This document shows positions 1-9,052 of a DNA stretch of 28,213 nt, in pieces. This DNA is from a virus (taxonomy: Duplodnaviria; Caudoviricetes). The notes under the pieces are model-generated. The model did not search any database. It was not told where the DNA came from and worked only from the letters and a program-made list of their open reading frames with translations. The translations under genes and the position numbers were made by a program. The DNA is taken from the IMG/VR virus record IMGVR_UViG_3300012942_000114, positions 1 to 28,213 of that record, one strand, 5' to 3'. Every line of letters begins with the position of its first letter. Within the stretch, counting starts at the first letter, position 1.

Positions 1-135
1 GTGACCGATCGTCTTGAAGAAGTTCACGAACGGGCCCGCGAACCAGTGACCGATCGTCTTGAAGAAGTTCACGAACGGGCCCGCGAACCAGTGACCGATC
101 GTCTTGAAGAAGTTCACGAACGGACCGGCGAACCA
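1..135. repeat. 45-bp tandem repeat x3 (15-aa WFAGPFVNFFKTIGH unit in tape measure)
   Basis: 1-45 and 46-90 are identical; 91-135 has two synonymous changes. Confidence 0.97.
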
Positions 136-2364
136 GCTGGCAACGGTCTTCGACGTCCTCATCAGGTAGACCGTCACGATCATCCACGCCACCAGCACCT
201 GGTTCGTGAAGTCGATCAGAAGGTTGAGGAACGCCCCGATCATCGGCATCGCAACCTGCAACGCCAGCATCACGTTGTCGAAGACCTCCACCAGCTTGGG
301 GAGCAGAGGAGCCAGCATCTGGACGAACTGCGTCAGGGTCGTGAACATGTCCTGGATTGCCTGACGGGTCTTCTTGTCTGCGAAGACCTTCAGGAAGATG
401 GGTAGAAGCTGGCCGAGGAGATCGAAGGTTCCCTGAATCAGCAGCAGCAGGTTGCCGAAGGCGTCCTGGAGCGTCTTCATGTTCTTCGGGTCTTGGGTCC
501 ACCGGTCGAACGAATCGGCGACCTTGGTGATGAGGTCGGCCATGTTGTTCAGGAACGGCAGCGACGCGTCCACCAGGCGCAGGAAGCCGTCCATGAAGGG
601 GATCATCGACTTCATCAGCTTGTCGAACACGCCAGACATGCCGCCGAGCAGCTGCGTGATCAGCATGACCTGCGGCATCTGGTTCAGCCACTTCAGAAGC
701 GCGTCGATCCCCTCGCCCAGGGACTTGGCGACATACCCCAACCCCTTGGCCAGACCGGGAATCAACTTATTCGCCAGCGGCTTGATGTCCTTCGCGAACG
801 GTCCGAAGAAGTTCTTCGCGACGATGTCCTCAAGCTTCTTCAGGGGCTTCTTTAGGCCCACGATCGCCTCGGCGAAGTGCTGGGCCTGGGGCGTCAGGTT
901 CTTCAGGTCCTTCTTGAACTGCTTCGCGTTGCCACCCCAGCCGTCCCCGATGGCCTTCCCGACGTTCTTGAACGCGATGACCAGCACGCCGATCGCTGAC
1001 GCGGCGCCGAAGATGATCCCCGGCAACGCCGCCAGGGCGGTCTCCAGACCGCCGATGGCGATCGTCAACGCGCCGGCCAGGGCCTGGACGCCGACGATGA
1101 TGCCACCCATCTTGTACAGCTGGATGGTGAACTGGAGGACCGCGCCGACCGCACCGCCGGCACCACCGCCGGCGCCGCCTACCTGCGACGCCATGCCCGC
1201 GGCCTGCGTGCCCATGTCCTGCATTCCCTTGCCGGCCTGCATCGCCTGCTGGGCCGCGTCGCCAAACAGCCCGCCGACCGAGGTGACGACCCTGCTGAGG
1301 CTGGAGAAGATGCCGGCGACCCCTTCGCCGAAACTGCCCAGCAGGCCGCGGGAGCGACGCAGGTTCGGCTCATCGACGCCGACATGGATGGTCTCCCGCT
1401 TGCGGCCCAGCTTGTCAGCCTTCAGCGCCAGCAGATCCATCTCCGCCTTGGCCCGCGCGTCGGACACGGAGGCCCGGATGGTGGGGTTGCTGCGGCCCAG
1501 CTTGGTGACCTGCTGCTCGATCTTCGTCAGCTGCGCCGACGCGGCAGCGGTATCGGCCGCCACGCGGATCGATGGGGACGCCTTGGAGATCCGGTCCAGG
1601 CGGATGTTGAGGTCGTGGATCTTCTTGATGGCCTCGTCTTCGTCGATGTCGACGCCGATGGTCTTGCCGGAGAGTTCGGTCAGCTCCTTGCGGATGTGCG
1701 CCAGGTTCCTGTCCACATTGGACGAGTCGGCCTTCAGGTTGACCGCCGGAATCGTCTTGAGCGCCGTCTCGATGCGCCGCTTGGTCTCCTCGGCGAAGAC
1801 CAGGACGCGGGAGAAGCTTCGCTCGGCCGGCTTCGGGTCGGCCTTGACCTTGATGTCTGGGTTCAGCTTGTCGATCTTCTCGGCCTGGGTCCGAATCAGC
1901 TCAAGCTGCTTCATCGCCTTGGCGATCTTCGCAGACACCGTGACGGTCGGAGCCTCCCGCTTCAGCCGATCAAGCTCCCGCTCGATCTGCTTCAGCTGCG
2001 CCTCAACCTCTTCGCGGTTGATGTCGATGCCTATCCGCTTGCCGGACAGCTCCTTCAGGTCACCGCGGATCGCGGCCAGCTTCGTCTCCGCCTCGGAGGT
2101 GTCGGCGTCAATCTTCGCGTCAGGAAGCGTCTTCAGCGCCAGCGCGATGCGCTTCTTGACGATCAGGGCGAACGCGTCGCCGAACTTGTCGCCCTGCTCG
2201 GCGCCCTCCTTCGTGGCGTCTCCGCCCTGGTAGCCCTCCTTCAGGCCTCGCTCGACGGCGCTCTCCAGCTCCTTAGCGATGATTTCGGCCTGCTTGCGGA
2301 TCTCCCGCTGGATACCGCGGAAACTGACCGTGATCTGGAGGGCCGCCGTGCCGGCGTCATACAC
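1..2364 (-). CDS. Tape measure protein (runs off the window at 3' end)
   Basis: Manually translated open frame from GTG 2364 (or 2373): VYDAGTAALQITVSFRGIQREIRKQ... It is long, helical and Ala/Leu/Lys-rich, follows the tail chaperones, and has Trp/Phe-spaced repeats at the window edge. Absent from the ORF track, probably because it has no stop in the window. Confidence 0.93.
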   Translation of the reverse strand, partial: MYDAGTAALQITVSFRGIQREIRKQAEIIAKELESAVERGLKEGYQGGDATKEGAEQGDKFGDAFALIVKKRIALALKTLPDAKIDADTSEAETKLAAIRGDLKELSGKRIGIDINREEVEAQLKQIERELDRLKREAPTVTVSAKIAKAMKQLELIRTQAEKIDKLNPDIKVKADPKPAERSFSRVLVFAEETKRRIETALKTIPAVNLKADSSNVDRNLAHIRKELTELSGKTIGVDIDEDEAIKKIHDLNIRLDRISKASPSIRVAADTAAASAQLTKIEQQVTKLGRSNPTIRASVSDARAKAEMDLLALKADKLGRKRETIHVGVDEPNLRRSRGLLGSFGEGVAGIFSSLSRVVTSVGGLFGDAAQQAMQAGKGMQDMGTQAAGMASQVGGAGGGAGGAVGAVLQFTIQLYKMGGIIVGVQALAGALTIAIGGLETALAALPGIIFGAASAIGVLVIAFKNVGKAIGDGWGGNAKQFKKDLKNLTPQAQHFAEAIVGLKKPLKKLEDIVAKNFFGPFAKDIKPLANKLIPGLAKGLGYVAKSLGEGIDALLKWLNQMPQVMLITQLLGGMSGVFDKLMKSMIPFMDGFLRLVDASLPFLNNMADLITKVADSFDRWTQDPKNMKTLQDAFGNLLLLIQGTFDLLGQLLPIFLKVFADKKTRQAIQDMFTTLTQFVQMLAPLLPKLVEVFDNVMLALQVAMPMIGAFLNLLIDFTNQVLVAWMIVTVYLMRTSKTVASWFAGPFVNFFKTIGHWFAGPFVNFFKTIGHWFAGPFVNFFKTIGH

Positions 2365-2379
2365 GGCGACCACCCCCCG

Positions 2380-2876
2380 TCAGTCGGTATCGCGGTTGGG
2401 CAGCACTGCGGAGACGATCGACTCGTGGATCCGCTTCTTCTCGCGTTCCTCCAGCTGCCGATACAACCGCTCGAACGCCGTTTCAGGACGCTTCAGCGGC
2501 CTGATCTTCGGCGGCTTGACGCCCTGCGCCGCGTAGATCGACGAGATCGTCGCGCCTTGCCGGTCAACAACTCCGGCCAGCATGTCGACCGCCGGGGTCC
2601 AATCCCGCAGCAGGGGAGCCGGCTCCGCGGGCTTTTGCCCCATGGACTTCCGGGCCGACCACGCCGCCTCAACCTGCGGCCGGGCCAGATCCTCGTCGGC
2701 CAACATGGCGGCACGCAGGCGCGACGTGGACGGCAGCTCATCGATCAGGTCGAGCAGCCGCCGCCAGCGCCGCCCCCGCCACTCCGTGCCGAGATCGAGA
2801 CCGTTGTAGGTCTCGATCAGATCCGCCTGGATCGCCTTGCCGTATCGCTGGATCAGCGCGGCAAGGCGGGCACTTC
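2380..2876 (-). CDS. Tail assembly chaperone, frameshifted extension (gpT-like part of gpGT)
   Basis: The -1 frame is open from the GGGGGAA site: GSARLAALIQRYGKAIQADLIETYNGLDLGTEWRGRRWRRLLDLIDELPSTSRL... and continues into ORF 2380..2706. Confidence 0.88.
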
Positions 2877-3182
2877 CCCCGCGGACTCGTTCAGCCCGAA
2901 GTGCTTCCGGTAGGCCGTCATGAGCTTCCCGACCTTCCAGGACGGGATCTCGATCTTCCGGAACTTCGCGAACGCGTCATCGCCCAGCGCGGCGTGGAAG
3001 AACGTCTGCGGCGACTGCTCCGCGTACTCCAGCACGATGTAGTCGATCTCGCGGGCGTCCTTCAGGGCGAAGCTCTGCCCGTCCACGTGGACGACGAACG
3101 GCTCGTACGACTGCTCCGCCTCCAGGGTGTCGAGGTCGATGGAGATCTTCGGCGGAGTGTCGCCGTGCGGCTTAGCAGGCAT
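2853..3182 (-). CDS. Tail assembly chaperone (gpG-like)
   Basis: 109 aa, RBS AAGGAAGGA, lies between major tail and tape measure, slippery site near its 3' end. Confidence 0.9.
   Translation of the reverse strand: MPAKPHGDTPPKISIDLDTLEAEQSYEPFVVHVDGQSFALKDAREIDYIVLEYAEQSPQTFFHAALGDDAFAKFRKIEIPSWKVGKLMTAYRKHFGLNESAGEVPALPR
2874..2880 (-). other. Programmed -1 frameshift site G GGG GAA
   Basis: GCG GGG GAA in frame 0; a -1 shift joins the downstream open frame. This is the standard siphovirus chaperone arrangement. Confidence 0.85.
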
Positions 3183-3196
3183 GGGTGGTTCCTTCC

Positions 3197-3436
3197 TTAC
3201 TTGGACTTGCCCTTGGGGGCGGGCTGGTCGTCCGCCGGCGGCGGAACGTCATTGGCCGGCACGCTCGGCGCTGGCGGCGGAGGGTTGTCCTCCACCTTCT
3301 TCGCCACCGAGGTCGGCTCCGGCGGCTGCGGCACATCCTCGGCCAGCTTCCAGCCGCGGGCGATTAGGTTCACCCGCTCCGCAGCGGTGTCGGCCGTGCG
3401 CCGACGGGATCCCTTGATGAACACGCCAAACGACAT
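3197..3436 (-). CDS. Small hypothetical protein with Pro-rich C-terminus
   Basis: ATG 3436 with strong RBS AAGGAGGTG; 79 aa MSFGVFIKGSRRRTADTAAERVNLIARGWK... Confidence 0.8.
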   Translation of the reverse strand: MSFGVFIKGSRRRTADTAAERVNLIARGWKLAEDVPQPPEPTSVAKKVEDNPPPPAPSVPANDVPPPADDQPAPKGKSK

Positions 3437-3454
3437 GTCGCACCTCCTTCTGTG

Positions 3455-3525
3455 TGGCGCCGCCCGGATTCGCACCGGGGTCTGCTGGGTATGAGCCAGC
3501 CGTGGAACTTCTCCACTACGGCGCT
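3455..3525 (-). tRNA. tRNA-Met(CAT)-like, atypical
   Basis: AGCGCCG TA GTGG-AGAAGTT-CCAC G GCTGG-CTCATAC-CCAGC AGAC CCCGG-TGCGAAT-CCGGG CGGCGCC A. All four stems pair; 1:72 mismatch; no encoded CCA. Confidence 0.8.
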
Positions 3526-3589
3526 AGGCCCCGCACCGCCGCCGGCCCACCCAAACCAGGACGGCGATGCGGGAGTTCGGGGGCTCGGC

Positions 3590-4249
3590 TCAGGAGCTGA
3601 AGCCCATGTCGGTCAGCAGCGCGGCCCAGCCGGGGCCGCCGAAGAAGGTCTTCTCCGAGAAGCCCAGCACCGAGTCGGTGAACGAGGAGAACGTCACCGA
3701 CCACATGATCGGGTCGTCGCCGCTGTTCTGGTTCTGGTCGTCGAACGCGGTCACCTTCGCGTTCGGCAGGAACCGGGCGATGTAGATCTCGCCGTCGTCG
3801 GTCTCGTCGACCGCGATCGACAGAACCCGGTAGTGCCGGGCGACCGGGGTAGACGGCTTCGCGATCGACACCTCACCCGAGGACGAGTCGGCGGTGATGG
3901 TCGACGTGTCGACGCCCAGGTACAGGCCGATCGTGGCCAGCTTCGTCTCCTGGCAGGCCACCTGGAGAGTGGTCTGGTCCTTGGTGACGTCGGACCGGGT
4001 CGGCTCGGTCGAACCCCACGACGTGACATCCGAGGTGTCGGTGTCGCGGGAGAACTGGGCGCCGTCGTCGGTCAGCCAGCCGAGATCGGTGTAGCCGGCC
4101 GGCAGCGCCGCCAGCTTCTTGTCGCTGGAGTCGGTCAGTGCAGTGATCGCCGTGGCGTCCACGTCCGCGATGAACACGGAACCGTTGAGCGCCTTACGGA
4201 TCAGCTGGTTCTTCTTGGTTGCAAGTGCCGAGTAGCTGGATCCAGCCAT
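3590..4249 (-). CDS. Major tail protein
   Basis: Motifs LGWLTDDG, DVTSWG, TRSDVT are typical of actinophage tail tube proteins; ATG 4249 with RBS GGTGGAG; synteny. Confidence 0.92.
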   Translation of the reverse strand: MAGSSYSALATKKNQLIRKALNGSVFIADVDATAITALTDSSDKKLAALPAGYTDLGWLTDDGAQFSRDTDTSDVTSWGSTEPTRSDVTKDQTTLQVACQETKLATIGLYLGVDTSTITADSSSGEVSIAKPSTPVARHYRVLSIAVDETDDGEIYIARFLPNAKVTAFDDQNQNSGDDPIMWSVTFSSFTDSVLGFSEKTFFGGPGWAALLTDMGFSS

Positions 4250-4281
4250 CGACTCCACCCCCTTCAAGGGTCAGGGCATTG

Positions 4282-4304
4282 AAAAAGCCCCGAGAAGACG
4301 GGGC
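4282..4304 (-). terminator. Intrinsic terminator-like hairpin upstream of major tail gene
   Basis: GCCCCG-tcttct-CGGGGC followed by TTTTT on the minus strand. Confidence 0.65.
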
Positions 4305-4332
4305 GGATTGGGTGGGTGGTGATGGGTGGAAA

Positions 4333-4437
4333 CCCCGCCAATCCCGGAGGAAGGCGGGGAACTAGGTGGCCGCACCGGCGCTAGGCGTTGGCGGTGCGGC
4401 CCGTCCCCGGCTCGCTACGCCTAGCCGCGTCCGGGGA
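4333..4437 (-). ncRNA. Putative structured RNA: three hairpins, two with complementary loops
   Basis: Stems 4404-4410/4431-4437, 4368-4377/4392-4401 and 4333-4339/4353-4359; loop segments 4417-4425 and 4380-4388 are 9-nt reverse complements. Confidence 0.55.
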
Positions 4438-4441
4438 ACAG

Positions 4442-4813
4442 TTAGGACTGCCGCCTCACGACGGCGGTATAGGTCGATGCCCACAGGCGGACATCGTCGG
4501 ACGGCCACGGCGTCTCCTGCGGGGGAGACTGCACGTCGATCCGGTCGAACGGGTAGTGCCGGGACACCGACATCGTCAGGTACTCGCAGATGTCCTCCGC
4601 GCGAGCCAGGGCCCCGCGGTCCTTGCCGTACACGGCGACCTGGATGCCCGGCTTCCACTGCAACCGGTCCTGCTGGCCGCCGCCGGCCTTCACCACGATG
4701 TAGTAGTCGCCGGCGGCGACCACGTCCTGGAGGTCGACGTCGGTGAACGTCTTGACCGTGCCGTACGGGGCGAGCAGGTCTACCAGCTTCGCCTCGACGT
4801 CGGGGAAGCTCAC
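4442..4813 (-). CDS. Tail terminator / tail completion protein
   Basis: GTG 4813 overlaps the upstream TGA; VSFPDVEAKLVDLL N-terminus; directly upstream of major tail. Confidence 0.82.
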   Translation of the reverse strand: MSFPDVEAKLVDLLAPYGTVKTFTDVDLQDVVAAGDYYIVVKAGGGQQDRLQWKPGIQVAVYGKDRGALARAEDICEYLTMSVSRHYPFDRIDVQSPPQETPWPSDDVRLWASTYTAVVRRQS

Positions 4814-5157
4814 TTCTCCGCCAGCCACTGGAGCGTACGGGTGAAGATCAGCGCCGGGTCCGAGTGCGCGTCGGGGCCGTGCCGGTTACCGGTGTTGCCC
4901 CACTCCAGGGCGGCGGCCCGGTTGTCCCAGTTCTCCACGCGGACCGCGGCCCGGGGGTGCCCGTTGAGGAACAGGGTCGATTCGACGACGCGGAAGGAGT
5001 TCTCGTAGTGGCCCGTCTTCCAGTGCGGCATCGCGAGTTCCTTGGCGTGGTTCATCGCCCGGAACCCCTCCTGCAACAGGGCCTCGCGGATGAACGGGTT
5101 CGTCGCCAGCTTCCGCCACTCGGCGGCATTCGGGGGCGTGTAGCGCACGTCAGCCAT
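4810..5157 (-). CDS. Neck / HK97 gp10-like head-tail connector protein
   Basis: 115 aa with P-x-x-TG-x-Y-x-x-S and AAALEWG motifs; synteny. Confidence 0.75.
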   Translation of the reverse strand: MADVRYTPPNAAEWRKLATNPFIREALLQEGFRAMNHAKELAMPHWKTGHYENSFRVVESTLFLNGHPRAAVRVENWDNRAAALEWGNTGNRHGPDAHSDPALIFTRTLQWLAEK

Positions 5158-5160
5158 GGC

Positions 5161-5493
5161 TCAGCCCCCCCGCTTGCGGTTCAGGTTGAACTGGAACCCG
5201 ATGTCGGCCCATGGGCGGATCGGGCCGTACACCTTGAAGCGTTCTCCGTTGATCTCGGCCTCGTCGTCGGCCCGCACATCGAAGTTCGCCGGGTCCTGCC
5301 AGATGAAGGCGGTGAAACCTTCCTGCGTCCACTCAGACTGCTCGGTGTTTCGCTCGTACGACGACAGGGGCGCCAGCCACACCTGCGTCAGCGTGTACGT
5401 GGTCTCCGACCCGACGCGGTCACCGAGCTGGTTCTTCGCCGCGGGCCGGTACATCGTCACCGACGCGGTGGCGCCCAGTGGCCGGAAGCTCAT
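5161..5493 (-). CDS. Head-to-tail stopper
   Basis: ATG 5493 overlaps the upstream TGA; beta-rich, with D-x-x-EING-x-x-F-x-V-x-G-P-x-x-W; synteny. Confidence 0.78.
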   Translation of the reverse strand: MSFRPLGATASVTMYRPAAKNQLGDRVGSETTYTLTQVWLAPLSSYERNTEQSEWTQEGFTAFIWQDPANFDVRADDEAEINGERFKVYGPIRPWADIGFQFNLNRKRGG

Positions 5494-5948
5494 GCCCTCG
5501 CCGCCCGGTACCGGTCCCACTCGCTGTTCCAGCACCACTCCGCACGCTGTCCACGTACCTCCAACCCCGCGGTCATTGAGATCGTCCCGAACCCGAGTGG
5601 GGCCGCCGGCTTCAGCCAGGACAGCTCCTCGTCGGTGAACGTGCCCTGCTCGGAGCGGGTGTCCGCCGAGTGCGTGATCGACTCGACGAACGGGCCCGAC
5701 GACACCGAGTGCTGCGAGGACCGTTCCGGGTTCAACAGGATCCGTGCCACGCACATTGCGATCGCGAAACCCACCAGATCTTCATCGACACGGCCATCGG
5801 AGATGTACGTGTCGAGCTGGGGGACCTTCTTGCGGGCCAAGGCAGCGGTCTTGGCCAGCAGTGTGTCCACATAGGTGGACTCTTCGGTGGTGAGGGGGCG
5901 CACCAGGACGGCCGCCACATCATCAGATGTCGCGTACGGGCTCGTCAT
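5490..5948 (-). CDS. Head-to-tail adaptor
   Basis: YAT-x-x-DV N-terminus, VARILLNPE, GPF and ELSWL motifs; follows the capsid gene. Confidence 0.85.
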   Translation of the reverse strand: MTSPYATSDDVAAVLVRPLTTEESTYVDTLLAKTAALARKKVPQLDTYISDGRVDEDLVGFAIAMCVARILLNPERSSQHSVSSGPFVESITHSADTRSEQGTFTDEELSWLKPAAPLGFGTISMTAGLEVRGQRAEWCWNSEWDRYRAARA

Positions 5949-5965
5949 GATGCGCCCCCCTCAGC

Positions 5966-7012
5966 TCAGGACGGGTCCAGAACCGTGGCAACCATCGCCA
6001 GGTTCGGGTTCGCCAGCACCGGCATGCCCAGCGCGGACACCTTGGTCCACACCGACACCGGGTCGAAGGTGTGGTACACGCCGGCAACGATGCCCGCGCC
6101 CACCCCGGCGTAGCCGGACTCCATCGACTCGGCCGTGGTGCCGTAGAACGTCTGGCCCATCTGGCTCGCGTCGTGCGAACCGTTCGCCGGCAGGAGAAGG
6201 ATCTTCTCCTGCGGGATGAACCGCGTCGCGGTACCGCCCACCGAGTACACGGCGTCGTACAGGGTCAGCGGCGGCAGACCGAACAGGCCCAGGGCCTGGG
6301 TCACCGACGCCTCCGAAACCAGGTGCGGCTGCGTCGACATGGTCGACGGGTACACGATGTTCCGGATCTGCTCGTCGCGCATCAGCAGAGACAGGACCTT
6401 CCGGTTGGCCAGGATCTGGCCCGGAGGGACACCGTTCTTCGCCACGTAGGCGTCACGCCACTTGAGCAGGTTGTCAAGCGGAGAGATCGTGCCGCTCGAC
6501 GCGTCCCAGTAGGCAGTGCCGCCGTCGGTGGCGGAGACCTCCATGGACGAGTCGCGGCCGAAGTCCGCCGACAGCGACAGGCCGTTCTCGTTGAACGTCA
6601 GCTCGGCGTTCACGAGAGCGTCCGCGCGGGCCTTCTCGAACCGGGCCTCAACCTGCCGGGTCAGCCGAACCGCGTCAGCCAGCAGCGCCGAACGGATCTC
6701 GCCGTCCAGGCTCCGCTGCTTGAGGCGGTAGAACTCACCCTGCCGGATCTTCCGGCTGATCGGGGGCAGCTCACCGGACACGCGGCTCACGCCGGGCCGG
6801 TTGGTCACCGGGGCCTCGGTGTCGAACGCGCGGTACTCCGCGGCCTCCATCAGGCCCTCGCCGCCCCGGTTGAACCGGAACTCCAGGTCGTCGAGTTCCT
6901 TCGCCGGCAGCTGCGCCGACAGCGTGAACTCGTTGACCCGCAGGTCCATGGCCGCGGTGCGGATGTAGCCCGTCAGCTCCTGGGGAGTGACGTAATCAGT
7001 GATCAGAAACAT
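5966..7012 (-). CDS. Major capsid protein (lambda gpE-like family)
   Basis: 348 aa; YRAFDTE, LPPIS and C-terminal LGMPVLANP motifs; RBS GAGGAG; follows scaffold and decoration genes. Confidence 0.92.
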   Translation of the reverse strand: MFLITDYVTPQELTGYIRTAAMDLRVNEFTLSAQLPAKELDDLEFRFNRGGEGLMEAAEYRAFDTEAPVTNRPGVSRVSGELPPISRKIRQGEFYRLKQRSLDGEIRSALLADAVRLTRQVEARFEKARADALVNAELTFNENGLSLSADFGRDSSMEVSATDGGTAYWDASSGTISPLDNLLKWRDAYVAKNGVPPGQILANRKVLSLLMRDEQIRNIVYPSTMSTQPHLVSEASVTQALGLFGLPPLTLYDAVYSVGGTATRFIPQEKILLLPANGSHDASQMGQTFYGTTAESMESGYAGVGAGIVAGVYHTFDPVSVWTKVSALGMPVLANPNLAMVATVLDPS

Positions 7013-7027
7013 GATTGCTCACTCCTC

Positions 7028-7459
7028 TCAGACGAAGATGACGTGCGGAAGATCCGCCGCATAGGTGGTGGTCCCGTTGTCGACGGACACGGAACCCTTC
7101 TTGGCCACGTCGGTCACCGGCAGCTTCGAGCTGTCGACGAAGCAGTGGAAGACGGCCGCGCCGGCAACCGCCGTAGAGGTCGACTTCACCTGGACGGCCT
7201 CCAGAAGGATCCCCACGGGGCCCTTCGCGTTGCTGCCGTCGCCGGTGTTGACGCTCGGGTCGTACGGGCCGTACTTGCCGGCGGAGCCGTACTGCGCCAG
7301 GACGATGCCGGACTTCAGATACCCATCCGGGTAGTGATCAGCCTTGGTGAACTTGGAGACGTCCAGGGTCACAGTGCGGCCAGTGTCGGCGCCGTGGTCG
7401 GAAACCAGCCACCGCTGGTCATCCTGACTGAACGTCTCCGTGTTGAGAGTGAGGTCCAC
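7028..7459 (-). CDS. Head decoration protein
   Basis: DQRWL, HYPDGYLKSG, YGPY motifs; sits between scaffold and capsid; RBS AAGGAGG. Confidence 0.82.
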   Translation of the reverse strand: MDLTLNTETFSQDDQRWLVSDHGADTGRTVTLDVSKFTKADHYPDGYLKSGIVLAQYGSAGKYGPYDPSVNTGDGSNAKGPVGILLEAVQVKSTSTAVAGAAVFHCFVDSSKLPVTDVAKKGSVSVDNGTTTYAADLPHVIFV

Positions 7460-7477
7460 TGTGGACCCCTCCTTTCA

Positions 7478-8104
7478 TTACGAAGAAGTGGGTTGCGGGT
7501 GCAGCTGCCGGTACAGCGCGGCTCCCGCCTCAACACTCGGCACAGTGCTGCCCTGACGGCTTCCCTGACCGAACTCGTGACGCTGCTCCTGCTGCTTCTG
7601 CGCGGGGGCAACGGAATCGACGAACGACTTCACCTTGTCGGCATCGGCCGTACCGTCTTCCTTCATGAACCGCGAACGGTCCACGCCATCCAGCAGGGCC
7701 TTTAGACGTTCCTCGTCCATGCGCCCCGCCGCAGCGACCGTGAACTGCGCGTCCACCAGCCGCGAACCGACCTCCCGCAGCGTGGCCTCGCGCGCATCCT
7801 TGGCGGCGGCGGCTACGGCCTTTTGCTGCTCGGTCATGTTGGCCTCTTCGATCTCCGCCAGCTTCTCGGCCTTAGCCTTCAGCTCGGAGTAGTCGGCCAT
7901 AGAGTTGGCGCGGCCCTCATGCTTGCGGGACTGCGCCTTCCAGTACTCGACCTGCTGCCCCAGAGTCATGTCACGCCACGGCGTGTTCTCCGGGAAGCCC
8001 TGGTCGTTGTTCTGCTCGGCAGGCTTGACGGCCTCGCCGGCCGGGTCCTGGGTGCCCTGCGCATCGGTACCCTGGTCCGTGTTCTGTGCGTCCTCAGTGG
8101 ACAT
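7478..8104 (-). CDS. Capsid scaffolding protein
   Basis: GFPENTP, YWK-x-x-SRKHE and a coiled coil; ATG 8104 with GGGAG. Confidence 0.88.
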   Translation of the reverse strand: MSTEDAQNTDQGTDAQGTQDPAGEAVKPAEQNNDQGFPENTPWRDMTLGQQVEYWKAQSRKHEGRANSMADYSELKAKAEKLAEIEEANMTEQQKAVAAAAKDAREATLREVGSRLVDAQFTVAAAGRMDEERLKALLDGVDRSRFMKEDGTADADKVKSFVDSVAPAQKQQEQRHEFGQGSRQGSTVPSVEAGAALYRQLHPQPTSS

Positions 8105-8155
8105 ACTCAACTCCCATGTCGGGACTGTTGGGCAGCCCTGGCGGCGCCCAGACGA

Positions 8156-9052
8156 TTAGCGGTTCAGAGCGTCCTGAATGGACTCTCGGTGGTGCGTCAG
8201 CTTCGGAAGCTGACCGGGCGACACCCAGTGCTGCCCGCGGACTCCGAGCACGTGGCCCAGCTCCGAGTTGTTGTGCACGATGATCAGATCCCGGTAGTCG
8301 CCCGCGGTTCTCGCATCGGCCGAGGCGGTGCCGAACGTGTCCCGGATGACCTCATGCGCCCCGGCGAGGGTCTTGTCGGCCGCGGCCTCGTGCTCGGCCA
8401 GGGCGTCCTCGTCGTAGATCGGCTGCACCGAGCAGTCGCACCCGTGGTGAATCGGCAGCAGGGAGTCCTTGCTGTACGTGTTCGTCGAGGCGACGATGCA
8501 CAGCCCGCACGAGTACGAGCCCTCCAACTGCCGGCGCCACGCGATCGCCTTCGAGTCGGCCTTCAGGATGTCCGCCGACACGTTCCGCTTCGCCAACTGG
8601 AGATCGGTCGTCGCCAAGTTCTCCGCACGCAGCCCGGCCAGATCCACGGCCTCTTCGAGCGTCTTGCCCTTCGACTGCTTCCACCGCAGCGTCTCGCCCG
8701 GCCGCCGGTACACATCCACCGGATCCACGCCAACCCGGAGGGCCGTGTAGCGCCGCGGGTTGATGCCCACCGACCGCTGCGGCGCTCCCAACGCCAACGA
8801 CCGGTACTCCGACAAGAACCCGGCCGTCAGATCCGCCATCTGCTGCTGCGCCGACGCAACCGCCGACGACGCGTCCCTCGCGAACGTGTCCACATCGGAC
8901 TGCTGCCACGACGTCAGCGCATCCCACATGCTGCGGATCAGGCCGCCCAGGGCCCCGCGGAGCCCGTCGGTACTAGCTTGATACCCGTCCACCAGAGCTG
9001 CCAGAGCCGCCAGACTTTCCGCCCCGGGCCGACCTTGGCGCGTTGTTGCCAC
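8156..9052 (-). CDS. MuF-like minor head / capsid maturation protein
   Basis: WRR...CGLC...PIHHGCDC motif; follows portal. Start GTG 9052 has GGAGG at 7 nt (alternative 8992). Confidence 0.8.
   Translation of the reverse strand: MATTRQGRPGAESLAALAALVDGYQASTDGLRGALGGLIRSMWDALTSWQQSDVDTFARDASSAVASAQQQMADLTAGFLSEYRSLALGAPQRSVGINPRRYTALRVGVDPVDVYRRPGETLRWKQSKGKTLEEAVDLAGLRAENLATTDLQLAKRNVSADILKADSKAIAWRRQLEGSYSCGLCIVASTNTYSKDSLLPIHHGCDCSVQPIYDEDALAEHEAAADKTLAGAHEVIRDTFGTASADARTAGDYRDLIIVHNNSELGHVLGVRGQHWVSPGQLPKLTHHRESIQDALNR

Noticed and set aside
452-2913. Long plus-strand ORFs (593 aa, 509 aa) and similar ones at 6071, 10129 and 22956
   Set aside because: They are antisense shadows of high-GC minus-strand genes and have no recognisable motifs.
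3516-3704. Frameshift extension of the major tail protein
   Set aside because: There is no clear slippery site, and the downstream DNA is better explained by the hairpin and tRNA.
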